DNA of 64,000 nucleotides from Amoeboaphelidium protococcarum X5 (lineage: Eukaryota; Fungi; Aphelidiomycota): the NCBI GenBank assembly GCA_023515725.1, contig JALDTO010000214.1, positions 1-64,000 of the forward strand. Direction: 5' to 3'. Of this stretch, positions 1-13,910 are shown piece after piece (the stretch's first letter is position 1; each line of letters begins with the position of its first letter). The translations under genes were made by a program, and so were the position numbers. The notes under the pieces were generated by a model, which searched no databases, was not told where the DNA came from, and saw only the letters and a list, made by a program, of their open reading frames with translations.

Positions 1-2
1 CG

Positions 3-3000
3 CATTCTTCCAACGTCAACCTTAACGGTTTCCGTTTTTGCACTTTGCACTTTTAACAATAAGAGCATTATATTAAGCCTCGCTCGATTCTGGTTCTGTG
101 GGATATGCTGACTGCAGAGTATGATTTTGAGAAGCATTTGATTATTAATCTGCTGATGATCTTTCTAACCTTTGCTCTGAAGATTGGCGATTCTGGTGCT
201 AATAATCGATTTCAAGTTGGCGCTAATAATCCTGCAAACTAAATGTCATTTGCAGACTTTTCCAATAGCATCTTCTGTGCATGTATTTACGAGACTTTTG
301 AACATGCGAGCTGGTAGGTGAGATTTGTTGGGTTGGATCACGGCTTCGGTTTGCTCAGTAAGATGAGTGAGTCCCTCATTAAGAAATACGATAGCTATCT
401 GTGGTTGTTTGGTCCTCTGGTGACTTATTTGATGTCTTGTGTTCTTGATGAAGAGGAGCATGTTCGGCTCAAGTCTGTCTCCTTGTTACGTAGTCTTGAT
501 CCTTCCCGCCTCGATATCCTGGTGGCAATTTGGTAACAGTATCTTCTCATACTGGATGATGTGGAGCAGAAGATTAAAGTCCTTCAGGTGATGGTTTACA
601 TTAATGGCGTGTTTCCAGCGTTGCATCTATTGTCTTGGTCTGCTGTCTTTTAACTTTTGGAATGGAAACCATCCAAGGTGAGCAGTAACAGGTAAATGGC
701 TAACGAAAGCGGACAATTGCTTGATGCTAAAAAGTAATCTGCTCTAAACAGAGTAGTGCATGACTTGCACTTGCGTAATTTTAAACTTGCTGCGTTCAAT
801 GTGACTATGAAGATGATTGCGATTGGGTAGTCAATCTCTAGGGAATACATGGCTCGCGTTTAGGTGTTGGCGGCTTAACACGTAGGTTTCCTAGATGCGT
901 CTTACAGCATGAAGACGGATAAGAATATTCTCGTTCATTTTGGACCGGCCACGTTTAATGTGAAGAATCCATCCCATCAAGAGGCACTACTTATTATTTG
1001 CCGTTCTTGTAAGGTGATGTTTGATAAATTTAATGTTGATGTGTCTGATTCTGGTATGGGAATTGCTAGTGCGATCACTATGAAATCTGTAATCAGTTCC
1101 GATTTTGGTAATCGCGGAATGTAATAGAAATAGGCGGGTGGCGTTAATGGAGATTTGAAGAATTAAGCTGCCACGAGATCCCTTGCCAATTCAGGATTTG
1201 AGCGTCTATTGTCCAGGAGTGAACGGATAAAGTAGTAATCGCGCATTATGATAGAGATGATGTCACATCTGAATGATCCTCCAGAGTTGATTTTCTTCTT
1301 TGATCTGATTTGTCACACCGTGAACAGTGCTGATGTGGTTTGCTAGTTAGACCCAACACTTCTCAAGTGCTGGCTGGACTGTGTCTTTATATTTATCTAT
1401 AAATTTGATGTAGAGTCGCAGGAGTTGCTACCAAAGGTGGTATTTGTTATGAAGACACTTTTAGCTGCTATTTTGAGCGGCAGTGTTTCTGACGAAGTCG
1501 CGCGAATTGCCATCGCTCTGTGCCATGTCATCTTACGAAGATCAGTTGTTATCACTACTGAGATTATGGTTGAAGAGTTGCTGACGTTCAGCCTTATCAT
1601 TGTTCGCCTTTAGAGTCACAAGTCTCATCAGTTGGTGCTGAGAGCTAAAATATTTCTGAAAGCCCTGTTTGATGTTTTCTATGACAGTGGATTATTTATA
1701 TTGGTATTTACTGGGAAATTGGACATTTCTTCAAATCCTTTCTACAAGTAGATTGCAGCTTCCTGTTAGATATTGGAAAATGATTTGTTCGGTGCTCTAT
1801 TTCAAGTTTGGACCAGCTAGCACTCCTCTAGAGAGAATTAGGCTCGAAAGTTTCCATTTTACGAATTGCCTATCCGTGATGTTGCTCAGCGTATCTGGCT
1901 TTACAAATCTTTTACTAAAGAGGAGTTCAATGCCATTATTAAGAATATGACGCTGTTTATCGTATAGACTCGACCACCTCTACGTGGAAGAAGTGTCTGG
2001 GGAGAGTTGTCGCAATTCTTGATCAATCTCACCGTTAAGCCTCTATCATGGAAAAGGGAGTAGTGGAACGTTGATTGTATCCTTGATCTGTGCCTTGTTC
2101 TGTGTAATTAATACAGTAAAGGATTTAAAATGATTGCCACTGCTCTCAAGATTTTGCTTGTACATGTGATTGAAAAGTGTTAGTTTGAGGTTGATGCTCT
2201 CAGTGCTCTTTTGCAGTAGTGTCACGTCTCCCAACTGAAGTAGGAGAATTCTCGTGCTGAAAATGTTAATATTGCAGTGTACAATTTGATCAAGTCCAAG
2301 TTGTTGTCTGATAGTTCCTCCTGGTAAAAGGCTAACTAGAAGAATATATATTCGTTTCTTTTGCAAGACTTTGAGTCTCATTTGAAAAGATCTAATCTAT
2401 TGTACTCTGAAGTGGCGAACGTTAACCAAAATGTAGTGTTTGGTACTAATCTGGCCACCCAGTCTGCTTTGATTACTCGAAAATTGATAACTACTGTGTA
2501 ATCAGTCGCTTCTGAAGATCGTAAGGAGTATCATGAATTGTCGCTACTTTTGGCAAATTTGTGTGTCTTGATGTGGAAGGATTTTGATAATGCTATTTAG
2601 CCGATGCTTTTTAGCAAGAAGCTCTAAGAACTGGACGTGGGATAGTTTTTGCGTTTATCAGCACCGCTTTTACTCGGTGCTTGTCGCTATTTTGATTGTA
2701 ATTTTTCGCTGGCTTTACTGCAGAATTGGTCGAAATATTTGAATGCTCTTTAATTCATATTGAACAGTATCGCTGATAGTATGGGAAATGGCGGTGTCAG
2801 TTAGACACGTACAAAGGGAGCAAAGATTGGCAGTAATGATAAGACTACTTCATTTTCCCCTCTGAGAACTGCAGTGTTGAGTCCAAAGAGTGATAAGGTA
2901 GTTAATCCGTTTGATAAAAAGAATGTTAATGATAAAGATTCCAATGGCGCTGATTAAGCAGATGCGTTATCCGTCGTTAGTTCGGTATTCTTCATCATCA

Positions 3001-3458
3001 AGTGTCTCAGCCTGCTGTGCTCTACTGTTTAATAAAATTTGCGTCCCTATGGTGGAAAGGAGGTAACAGTGCTCGACGTCAAGATTAGTATGATGACTGA
3101 GTTGGTGTCCACAGCAGAGTTGTAAGTATGGAATTACATGTGGCCATCGCTAATGCAATTACTGACTAAAGAGCATTATGGCGTTGATGGCAGAGAGGTA
3201 AATACCAAGTATAACAATTGGCAATACTTTCTGGAGACTGTCAATTTCTGGCGTCTATCATACTCTGACATTTACAGATGGCATAGTGTTGAGCTGGTGC
3301 AATTTATTGACGACCATATGGTATTCCTGGATGATAATCTCGCCACTCAAGCTCAGTATCTGATTAAATGCTCTAAAGAAACAGCCACTGAAAAGCCCAC
3401 TACAGAGTTGCTGCTCTCTCAGTTGGTGGCTGAGTACCTTGGCAATACTGATGTATGA
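3..3458 (+). CDS. UNC79-like HEAT/ARM-repeat protein (NALCN/Cch1 channel auxiliary subunit-like), 5'-truncated by the window edge, >1150 aa
   Basis: One code-6 frame links track fragments 318, 909, 1425 and 3138 and ends at TGA 3456-3458. The segment WQVRF...LMSCVLDEEEHVRLKSVSLLRSL...KVLQVMVYINGVFPALHLLSW resembles the remembered UNC79 segment WKIRF...FLTAVEDVNPAVATRAGLLLDTI...ILSKLLLLHFLKQDIPALSW. Confidence 0.6.
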
Positions 3459-3682
3459 AACGCTACGTGAAGTATTCTAATTTTATATGTGTTTACAGGT
3501 ACAATGATGTAAAAAAGCCTTGTACGTTACAATGGCCTAAAGTTGCGTGCGAACTTTGTATTGTTGGATCGTTGTGATGGAAAGTGTTGGCTGTGTGTAT
3601 CTACAGACTTCTACCAATTTATTTCTTTAACTCCTTTATCATCAATTCAAATTTAAACAGCCAGCAATAAAATATACTAAGT

Positions 3683-6600
3683 ATGTCATACCAAGCTAGA
3701 TCAAAATTTCTGACCAAAACTGGTTCTACAACGTCTCTGAGAAAGTTGAACAATCAGGATGTTGATAGTAGTAGGACCATCAATGTCTCTCTGTGCGCTT
3801 GCACTTGTTTCTGGATACCTAATAAATAACATGGATATTCACTGGCTCGATTTACTGATGATCAAGGAGATACACTGAAGAGAGAAAAGCATAAAGTTTC
3901 ATCTTCTGACCAGTTGTATGTGACTGTTTTTGAGTTGGATCACTTGATCGACTCGATTCTCTAACAACAGGCAATAGTTGATGGTTCACTCTTATTTCAG
4001 GTATGATATAGAAAATTTTATATAGTTTTACATATATTCTATAAATGTGAATGTAGGATACAAGAGTCAATGCTAATGATATACAGAGAGCTGCGGTTGA
4101 AGTGCAGCAAGTGTACAATCCATTGTTTGATCAGGACGATGATTTCTCTGCTGAAACGATTAGAGATCAACTTTTACAAAGACGCCTACAGACTCCGTGG
4201 AAGCGCTGCAACAATGATGCTGACGTACTGTGTCTTTATAAAGAATAGGTATTATTTGGCAAGTAGCGGATCTCTTAGCAAATGGAAGCTTTCGTGAATC
4301 TGGATGTTAATTATTTTGGTGTGAAGGGTGATGATTAGCGTACTGCATCCAATAATAATGTATCCAGTAGACCCGCCGTTGTGATAGGAATTAATGATTA
4401 GAATAATTATGAGATAGCAGCTGCGCGTATTAAATAGGCAGGATCAATTTGCCAAAATGCTTATGATCTGCTCAGAATGTTCACTACATAATCAATGAGT
4501 GGTGGTTAGGGAGAAGCGGCCTCGCGTTTATTGGCGGTGGAAATATTTGACTCGAGTCAAGCAACTCCTTTCAAGATTCTATCTCTGTCCAAGAGTTGTA
4601 TTTCTCTAGGTGCATTGCGCTAGTGCCAAACTTTTTAGATATTTAATGCTGTTAGTTATGCAGTGTGTAATCCATCACGCGCAAAGCTTTTTGATTTCTT
4701 GCCTCAGTAGACTGCTGCAGTATGCTCATCTATATTTGGAACATCAGCATCATCTTCATCATAGTCTAGCGGGGAATAATACGCTTAGTTTGAATAACAA
4801 ATTCATTAATTGTAATTGAAAGATGAGCAAGTGAAAATTCTGCTGAAGCTATTGACTGCCATTGTACTTGTAAGCGCCGTAGAGTTCAAAGAGAATCAAG
4901 ATCAATCCGCAGAGTCAACCTTATCCATATAAATTGCAAGTGACCGCAATGTAATTGATAGTGCTAGTCAACTACTTGGCCTAGAATTTTCTGCCCTGGT
5001 AATGATTCTGTTATGTCAATTTTCTAGTGTTGGTGACCAAAGTACGGGTAGAAGCTGGTTTAAAGCTCAGAGAATAGTAGAATGCTAGTCATCAAGAGAT
5101 CAGTTTTGCAGATATTTGTATCAAAAAGTTGTCGAGTTGGTTGTGTGGTCTATCAATGAATATATCAATACCTCCAAATCGTAATAATTAGCTCAATCCT
5201 CATCTCACGTAAAAGTGATCAATATTCCAGCATTCCAACTTGGAGTTGGCGACTTTGACTCGTTCATTTTCAATTACGTGAATGAGAAGGTCCATCATCA
5301 TTTTCTGGCTACGAATGCTGTTGCCCACTTTAACATATTTGAGTCTAATAATTCTATTGTTCATGGAATAAGTAATATCGAAAATGGTAATTAAATAGTG
5401 AAGAATCTGGCTGATAACCTGAATGTGGTGAGTGGTGGTAGAACTAGCATATTCTCCTAGATTGATGACACGCTGAAAATGCCAGATTATCCTAATGATA
5501 CCAATCTCACCATGAACATTCATCGCACATTCCAAGGTGTTACCAAGACTTTGCCTGACTTTGTGTAGAACTTCCAGGATCCTACCGATGATTAGATAAG
5601 AAAGCTGTATTAGCAGTACCTTCGCTGCAGACACGAAGAGGGATTCATAGTGAGACACTTTGATAGCCAGGCTATTTGTCTATACCGTACACAAGGTTTT
5701 AGTGAGTTTAATGCAGAGAACTTGGAAGGTGCTTTTGATGAGTGTTTGTTGAAAAATGTGCCTAAATTACCTTAAGATTCTGCATTATATTCTATTATGG
5801 CTCAGTTGAAGATCAATGCCAGTCAGGAACCGTCATTTGTTCAGTCTCCAAGTAGTGCATCGAGAATGAATTTTCATCTATCGCCACTACAAAGTAAGAC
5901 TGGTAGTTAGTTTGCCGTGCCCAAGTAAGGCAAAACAATTACTAGTGTCTGCAGTAGAGTAAAGAGAGAGTGTATTGGATTGCTAAAGATGCTGTAAGAT
6001 GGGCAGTATCGGGCTGTCTATGATGTAGTGTGTCTATCACTTCGGCACAATAATGATAACGGTGGCGCGTAATAGTTTATTGATGGCTCTAAAATGCTGT
6101 TGTAGATGAAGATGTGGAATTTGATTCAATTATCTCAGCTGCAACAGTTCAGATTTGGCTATGAGTTTTCTATTGCTCCTCTACTCAATAGATTTAAGCC
6201 GTTTATGAAAGACTTGAGACTGAGTATCGATTTATAGAATCCAAATTCCTTTTGTCTGGCAGTGTTGGATGCTCTGGGTGTAGATCATCGCCGAGGTGGT
6301 GCGTACGTTTCTTCGTCTTTGCGTATACTTCTCAGTAATAGTGTGACCGAACTGAAATAATCCGATATTGAAATCTTGTCTGGGAGTGCATCAGCTGAAG
6401 TTTATCAACAGCTTTCGAACCGCGTCGTGTCTGCATTGTTCAGAGTTAAATGGCATCAGTATCACTGTATTGCGTTAGTCCTGGTGCGTCTGAGATCATC
6501 TGCTGTTAAGAAGCCTCCTGCGTAGTTGCTAGAAGCTACATAGCTCACTAGGCCATTGTCCATGTTTGATATGCTGTCTAATTTGAAAGTTTCACATTCA

Positions 6601-7803
6601 ATGAAATAGCTCCATGGAAGTCAGGCACCTTTGAGTAAAATACCTCATTCTTCTTCAAAGTAGAACTTGATTGCCGTTCTGAATGGGTAATAGTCCGAGT
6701 TATCGCCAGTTGTTCAGGATTCATCCGATAAACGTATTTCAGAGCAGGTTGAATAGCATCGCTTAGTAAAGACTTAATCTGTGCAATCAATTGGGAGTCT
6801 AGAGTCCAAGATTGATGATGGCGAGAAGCAGTATAGGACGAGTTAGATTCACAATTTAGTGCGTTAGAGCCAACCGCAACTGACTGGTGTTCATTAGATG
6901 TAACAAGCACTGGTAATTGGTGATCAGAATGGACAGAGGCCTATATCAGCATCTTCCAAGATGATTGCTCACCTGTCGCAGTAGATCAATATCAAATCAT
7001 CGGATAGTAGTCGCCACAATAGTGCCGATGTTTTGGATATTCTGGGTAATTATACTTACAACGCGACTACTTCTGTTGTGTATTCTCAAGAATAATCGTC
7101 GCCGTTGTCCCAAAGTTATGTTGTTGATTATTATCAGTAGTAGTAGCCTTATTCTGAAGTAGCTTCCCCTCAATTACCAAAGAAGTTGTCAGGACCTGAT
7201 ACTTAACATCAAGTTCCTGATCAGAAACAGCCTGAACGTGTTTAGCCTTTAGATCGCCTGAAATTCATTGCGGCCAAGTTGAAAGAGCTTGTGCAGACAC
7301 AGCCTAATGCCAATGCTTAAATTACTAAGCTGAAGGATGAATATCTGTCAGTATGCCGTTACATTGAGAAGGAAGAGCTTGATAAATCGAAACTTAATTT
7401 GAACGAGAATGTTTACATTAAAGTCCCTACTGGCACAGGTGATGGAATTATCTCGGTAGAATATTAGTTTGATTCTAATAGCAAACAATGGTAAGTTAGT
7501 AGGTAGATTATTGAGCGAAAGTAAAGCATAACGTCCTCAAAGTATCTTCTTGTTTAAAGCCTGAAGTCTGTGGAGGCACAAGTGAATACTCTGACAGATA
7601 ATGAAAAGTAAAATGTTCTAAAGCTGATGAAAAATGCTATAGACTCTGGCTTGATGGTTATTGATGAATCTTAAAAGTTTATGTTGAAAGGTTAGCATTT
7701 TGTGTTCACAAGTTTAATAGATGTCGGTATGTTAAGTAAAGATCTAGATAGTGCAAAGTTTAATGCTTAATGGAATTAGATTATAAAACTGTCGTAATAA
7801 TGA
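3683..7803 (+). CDS. Highly divergent myosin VI-like protein with degenerate motor; exons 3683-4000 and 4057-7803; 1354 aa
   Basis: Phase-0 GT-AG intron 4001-4056. Myosin-head blocks: KLLTAIVLVSAVEFKE, SRDQFCRYLYQKVVELVVWSIN, FDSFIFNYVNEKVHHHF, EEGFIVRHF, NPNSFCLAVLDALG. Insert-2-like RVVSALFRVKWHQYHCIALVLVRLRS and a C-terminus resembling the myosin VI cargo-binding domain. No GESGAGKT. Confidence 0.75.
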
Positions 7804-7854
7804 TGAATTTAAGTGAAATAAATTTGATTAATATTGGTACATACTAAAAGCTTA

Positions 7855-10800
7855 TCAGTACTTGATTAATTCATCCAATTCGGGGAATACACAAATCAGC
7901 AAGTCTTCAATCAATCTGCGAACCAGCTCATTATTGTATTATTGATTCTAAAGCAATTCAAAGATCTTTAGTATACCCTTCTTAGCATTGGATCTTCCGA
8001 CCATCTGTCCCAAGATATCAGGAACCACCAGTAGTAACTTCTTGTGGGCGTCAAGTCGTGTGCGCTCTTTCTACTCTTCACTACGCGGCACCCAAGGCTG
8101 ACTTGGCTTCATTACATCACACAATCGCCTGGCATACATGGTGAGCATTTCATCCGTATGGAGACTGGACACCACTTCTCCAATCTTACGTTCTATCGCA
8201 CCACCCATCACTTGTTGCAGAATTAACATCACAGCCTATCGCCGCAACCAATTGTTCTTCTCCTTCAGTTCAAACATCTCAATGAACAGCGCGCATAACG
8301 ACTCGGACAATGACGTCTAGCCGAGCGTCTTCTCATCCAAATGTTTTGGTAAAAAATCGTCATCAGGCGAAGGAGAGGAGATGGCAATCTTGGGAACTAT
8401 ATTAGGCATAGTCTCATGATTGATGGACGAGTATAGACTGCTTTCGAGTTCTTAATCAGAGTCTAAATGACCAGGGGTTACGTGCTTGTTCTTGGTAGGT
8501 GAATCAGATTCCACATTGACACTCTTGCGTCTGCCAAATGTGAATTATGAAGACTACGCTGCAGGTTGCTGCGATTAATAATTAGAATTCTATGGAGAAG
8601 TTTGAGCAGATGATGTAACAGAGTCGTATTAAGGATTATGATGATGATAAGAATGAGTATTAGTAGTAAAACTACCGATAGATGACGCGTCCGAATCCAT
8701 TTCATCAATCTTACCAGCCTTGTTACTATTACCAAAAACCTGGCCAACTTTATTACTAATCGCATCAAGCAGCGCATTCGGAGTAGATTTGAATCTCTTC
8801 CGTTGCTTTACCACTTTAATAGAATGCTCATCTTAAATCGGCTTCTAGCCGGAGCTGATATTCCCGCCAGCCGATCCAGCACTTTCATTCAAGTGAAAAA
8901 TATTCAACAATTTCTTTACATTGAGCGGATTAAATGGCAATATACTCTGCAGAGGACCAGTCTTGAAAGATGACGTTGTTTTTGAATTGAACTGGTCTTG
9001 ACACAAAAACTATCGAAATTCCCACGACTTGGCAATTACGGGATCATTCACCAGATTCCTCAGGTAACGCTCCAATTACACTCTTCGACCTTCTACAAAG
9101 TCACGTTCCTTCTTATTTTCAAAGAGGGAGTTGGCAGACGATCCACTAAGTGACTTGAAGTGAAGATACCGCTTCCCAGGTAGATCATATCCACTTTTAC
9201 ACATAATCTGAGGATATTTCTGCTTCAACTCTTTATTCAGACGATCAAATTCAGAGTATCGACGCGCTATAATCCATCCCTTGTAATTATTAATCTCGAT
9301 AATATACACTACAAACTACTATTACTGCTACTACTACTGCTGTTACTACTAGTTCTAAGACTGTGCGTTCAAAGCAGAACTATCCGAGGAAGATCCAGAA
9401 GCAGAAGAGTCGACAGAATAAGACGGTATTGAAATCTTGGTCTATCCAGGCACGACAAAATTATCAGAGATTGACAATTCCATGGTATTCCGAAGATTAT
9501 CGAGAAGAGTTCGCTCATTCTGGAACTACGTCTTCATTTTACGCATCAACTTCACTTCCTTCTATCCCAACTTACTCCCAGCAAACTACTCTTAATCTTC
9601 ATCGGCCAATTTATCAATCATGGCATTCAAAAGCTCTTCTTGATGTAGCAGCTTCTCTATTCTCTCATTAATCTTCTTAATCTCAGACTTTACCGAATCT
9701 TTACCACCCGTAGGGCTACTCATATTTAAAAACTAACGATCATTATAATCAGAATCGCTCTCCATAGACGGGCTAACCATCGCACTATACTTTGCTTCCT
9801 AATCATCACCCTCAGCCTCTTCATCATCTTCAAATTCTTCGCTAATCTTGTCAATACTACTACCACCAAGACTCTCCTGTAACTCTGATTCTTCTTCAGT
9901 ATCGCCAACACCTTGCGTCTACAGATCATCAATGCTCTTAGTGGCTTGCGCGCTTTTAATAGACGTAACACTATCCTTATCACTGAGCTCGGTGCCATAG
10001 CCGTCAGATCTGATGATTGACTAGAAAGCCTTCTCCACAGCCTCAATGTCAATCTAACTAATTACATCTGAAGATTTTTTAAGCGTGTTACTCTTCAAGC
10101 TGCCACCAAAGGATGCATCGACACTTTACAGATCATTTGATTATTATTATATCTACTGAGACTGCTTTACTGACAACTTAGACTATTCATCAGATTACAC
10201 CTAGGACAAGTCAATCATATTCTAATTTTACACTCTAGCAATGGTGGAAGCTGAAGGGATCGGCTGTGATATAGGCTACTGCTGAACCAGTGAGTCCTAT
10301 TACTTGGTAGGAGATCTCCTTCCCAGTGACAACATTTTCTTAAAATCATTATAGTTACTACTAGTATAAGAACTATTCATGGGTGATGTTTACTGCTATG
10401 ATACCTACTACTACTGGGCGAGAAGAGACTAATACTATTGCTACTGTTTATGCAGAATCTCATAACACTAAGCCAGAATAGACAGAATTTACACCTACCC
10501 TTCAATATGATTGAAGTTTCGATTCTTCAACATTGGCATCAAATCTCCCAAGGACCGTATCAGCATATCATTGTCACCATGTCGTTATACAATCTGTTGC
10601 AGAGCATCCGAGACAATGCGAACTTCAGCAGAGTTTTAATTACAACCGGCAAGGTGAGTAGATATAAGAGCCAACTTTTCAGCCACAATATCAGAAGGAG
10701 ATCTATCAGTCACGGCCGAGGTTATTACATTTTATTTAATCTTCAGAGCAGACAGCAGAGACTTGACAGTATTATCAACATCAGCCAAAAACTGCACTTT

Positions 10801-11775
10801 AACTTCAACAATCTAAGGATTGAAATCTGCAGGTAAAGTAGAAGCAGACGCAGTAGTCGTACTATCCAAGACTTTTCGCATCTTATTCACAATCACCTGC
10901 TCAGCAATATAAGCATCCATAACAGATACTATAGTCTAATTCCAAAAATCTGGATCACTTAACAGATTCACTACGGGATTATAAATGTAAAACAGAACAA
11001 TCTTGGACAGGAACAGCTACTCAATAGAGGCCACGTGTTCATTCTGAGTGAGGAGATCGATCACTTTACGGCAGAGTTTAATAGCCAAAGCCTCAGATCT
11101 GGCGGCGAAGAATGATGACTATTGTCCTTGCGATGATGATGATTACTACTAAATTTACAGCCTCTTCCTGGTGGACACATGTAATGTTATAGATTTGAGC
11201 ATTCTCTACAATAAGGCAGTCTAGTCAACAGCAACTAAACGATCATGCAGCTTATCCAGAATCTTGACAAGATACTAGTCAACGTATAGTGTGAATGGCA
11301 TTTCATTTCGTAAAGTCATCATTGTAATCAGTACCTGCTGATCTGTAATTCGATAAAGCCAAGACTCTATAAAGTCAACTTTAATGATCTTGAACACGGA
11401 ATTAACAGCATCATTAACGCTGGAACTATATCTATGAACTGCAAATGTCTTGGAATGTCTTGGTAATGATCGCATCTACGATTAACGAGGAGAAGTATTC
11501 TAGAGCTCACCATTGATTGAAGAACCACCATCTCTTTATGAATCAAAACTTTACAACAAAGACACAACTTCATCGGTAAATATTATGCTATTCCTAGTAG
11601 ACGTATTGTTATCTTCATTCTAATCCACCCGCACAAAGAATCTAGATAACTCTTTTCTATTCACAAATACAACTATAGCAGGGACACCAACCAGTACAAA
11701 AAGCAGAGTAAGAAACAATAACCTCAGCACTGGGGACAACAATAGAAGGATGAATATGCTCCAGAACTTCCACAT
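7855..11775 (-). CDS. PXA-PX-PXC sorting nexin (Mdm1/SNX13/14/19/25 family), 1306 aa
   Basis: N-terminal hydrophobic segments, PXA-like KVDFIESWLYRITD, PX motif IARRYSEFDRLNKELK..LPGK, and Nexin_C-like end PDILGQMVGRSNAKKG..CVFPEL. Single frame in code 6. Confidence 0.85.
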
Positions 11776-12429
11776 TCTCTCAATAAATAAATCTGTTCTC
11801 CTAGTACGAAATAAAACGAATCTTTACACAAATTTATACTGGTGACGGATTACGAGAGAGAGAGAGAGATCCACATGGAGTTAAAACACTTGATAACAAA
11901 GAGAGAAAGGACATAAAGCGACAATGGTTAAATGTGATGTTTCACCGCCTGTCAAAGACTCAGTGAAAAAATGTGAACCAACCGCGTAAAAAAGCTTATC
12001 TCTACTGAAACGACAGTTCGGAGATAGTAAAAGAGAAACGGTCGATAGAACACGGGCTACATTATTGGTGGGAGATTCAAAAACAATACGTATAGCTCAA
12101 TCGACTCGTCACAATGCCGTAGACTTAATAGAGTAGCCTTGAGTACAATTTGTTTACCCCCAAAAGCATCAGGAAATAAAGTGGCGACGCATTTGGAGAG
12201 ATAATAGAATGCATGGGTAAAGAACGTCTACGGTCTTTCTAACGCGCGTCGTTCTTTCTCTTTCTCCCTTTAAAAGCGGATAACTCGCATACGAAACACT
12301 TTCTCGTCCGACTAAGCCATAGAGCAAAAGCGAGCGCGACCGCAAAAGAGAGAATTTCTTTCTTCCTGGTATTGCTTTCCTTCCTTCTTTCGATTCCTTG
12401 ACGTAATATTAGGAAAGAACCGAGCAGAA

Positions 12430-13910
12430 ATGAATTACAATATTGCAAAAGTAGGTTTCTTTAGAATAGATTGTGAAAGTAAGTAAATTAAACTTGAATT
12501 TTGTAGAGAGCATTAGCGTCAGTCGGTGCCACAGTCAGGCCATCGATCTCCACCAAGTAGGCGCTGATGAACGTGCCAGAGACCAGAGTGACTACTCTAT
12601 CGAATGGACTCAGAGTGGCCACTGAACATGCTGATAATGAGACTGCCACTGTCGGTCTGTGGATTGGTGCTGGCAGTAGATTCGAGACGGAGAAGAATAA
12701 CGGCGTGGCTCATTTTCTGGAGCATCTCATCTTCAAGGGCACTGAGAAGAGATCTCGCGTCCAGATGGAGAAGGAGATTGAGAATATGGGTGCCCAGTTG
12801 AATGCCTACACCTCGAGAGAGTAGACGGTGTACTTTGCGCGCTGTCTCAAGAAAGATGTCGGTCAGTCTGTGGATATTATTTCTGATATCCTGCAGCATT
12901 CAAAGTTGGAGGAGAGTGCAATTGAGAATGAGAGGAGCACAATTCTTCGCGAGAAGGAGGAAGTGGAGAAGGTGATGGAAGAGGTTGTATTTGATCATTT
13001 GCACGCAACCGCTTATTAGGGAACGTCTCTTGGACTCACTATTCTGGGTACTGATGCTAATATTAATTCCATCGGTAGAAAGGATCTGACTGATTACATC
13101 AAGACTCTTTACACTGCTGATAGAATGGTCCTTGTGGGTACTGGTGCAGTTGATCACGATGCTTTGTGCAAGATTGCTGAAGAGAAGTTTAACTCTTTGC
13201 CTTCTGCTGCTGCCTCTTCTTCCCTATCCGCAAAGTCGCTAAAGTCTTCTCTGATTGTGCCACCTACTGAATTCACTGGCTCTGAGATTAGAATTCGTGA
13301 CGATTCTATGAGAGATGCTCATATGGTGGTTGCTGTTGAAGGTGTTGGTTGGAATCATCCGGATCATCTGCCTCTGTTGCTGGCTTAGACTATTGCCGGT
13401 TCTTGGGACAGATCTTTGGGTAACGGTGCACATCTGAGCAGTAAATTGGCGCTGGCTGTTGCAAAGGACAATTTGTGCGATTCTATCATGTCTTTTAATA
13501 CCACGTATACTGACACTTCCTTGTTTGGTCTCTACATGATTGCGTCTGATCGTATGAAGTTGATCGATCTGTGTGAGACCACTCTGCACTTGTGGACTAA
13601 AATTGCCACCAGTGCGACGGAGACTGAGCTTGTACGTGCCAAGAACTAGTTGAAGACGAGTCTTTTGTTCTCACTGGATAACAATGTCAATGTTGCTGAG
13701 GACATTGGACGCCATCTGCTGACTTATGGTAGAAGAATTAGCCCAAGAGAGATGGAGTAGATGATTGACTCTATCACATTGACTACTGTGCGCGATGCTG
13801 CAATGAAGTATATCTACGGTGTAGATCCTGCTGTCGTTGCCATGGGTCCTATTGAGGCTTGGCCTGACTATGTCGTTCTGAGAACTAAGATGTCACAGAA
13901 GCTATTCTGA
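12430..13910 (+). CDS. MAS1: Mitochondrial processing peptidase beta subunit (M16); exons 12430-12450 and 12507-13910
   Basis: [35 protein letters not shown] (HxxEH), [10 protein letters not shown] with Q encoded by TAG. GT-AG intron 12451-12506. Confidence 0.95.

Noticed and set aside
3453-3498. GT..AG intron joining the UNC79-like and myosin-like ORFs
   Set aside because: Splicing gives GTA CAA TGA, an immediate stop, and the other frames also close before the myosin ORF or soon after; two separate genes are simpler.
5200-5658. Longer antisense or off-frame track ORFs (also 25825..26274, 33785..34207, 59578..60003)
   Set aside because: They shadow well-supported genes on the opposite strand or another frame.
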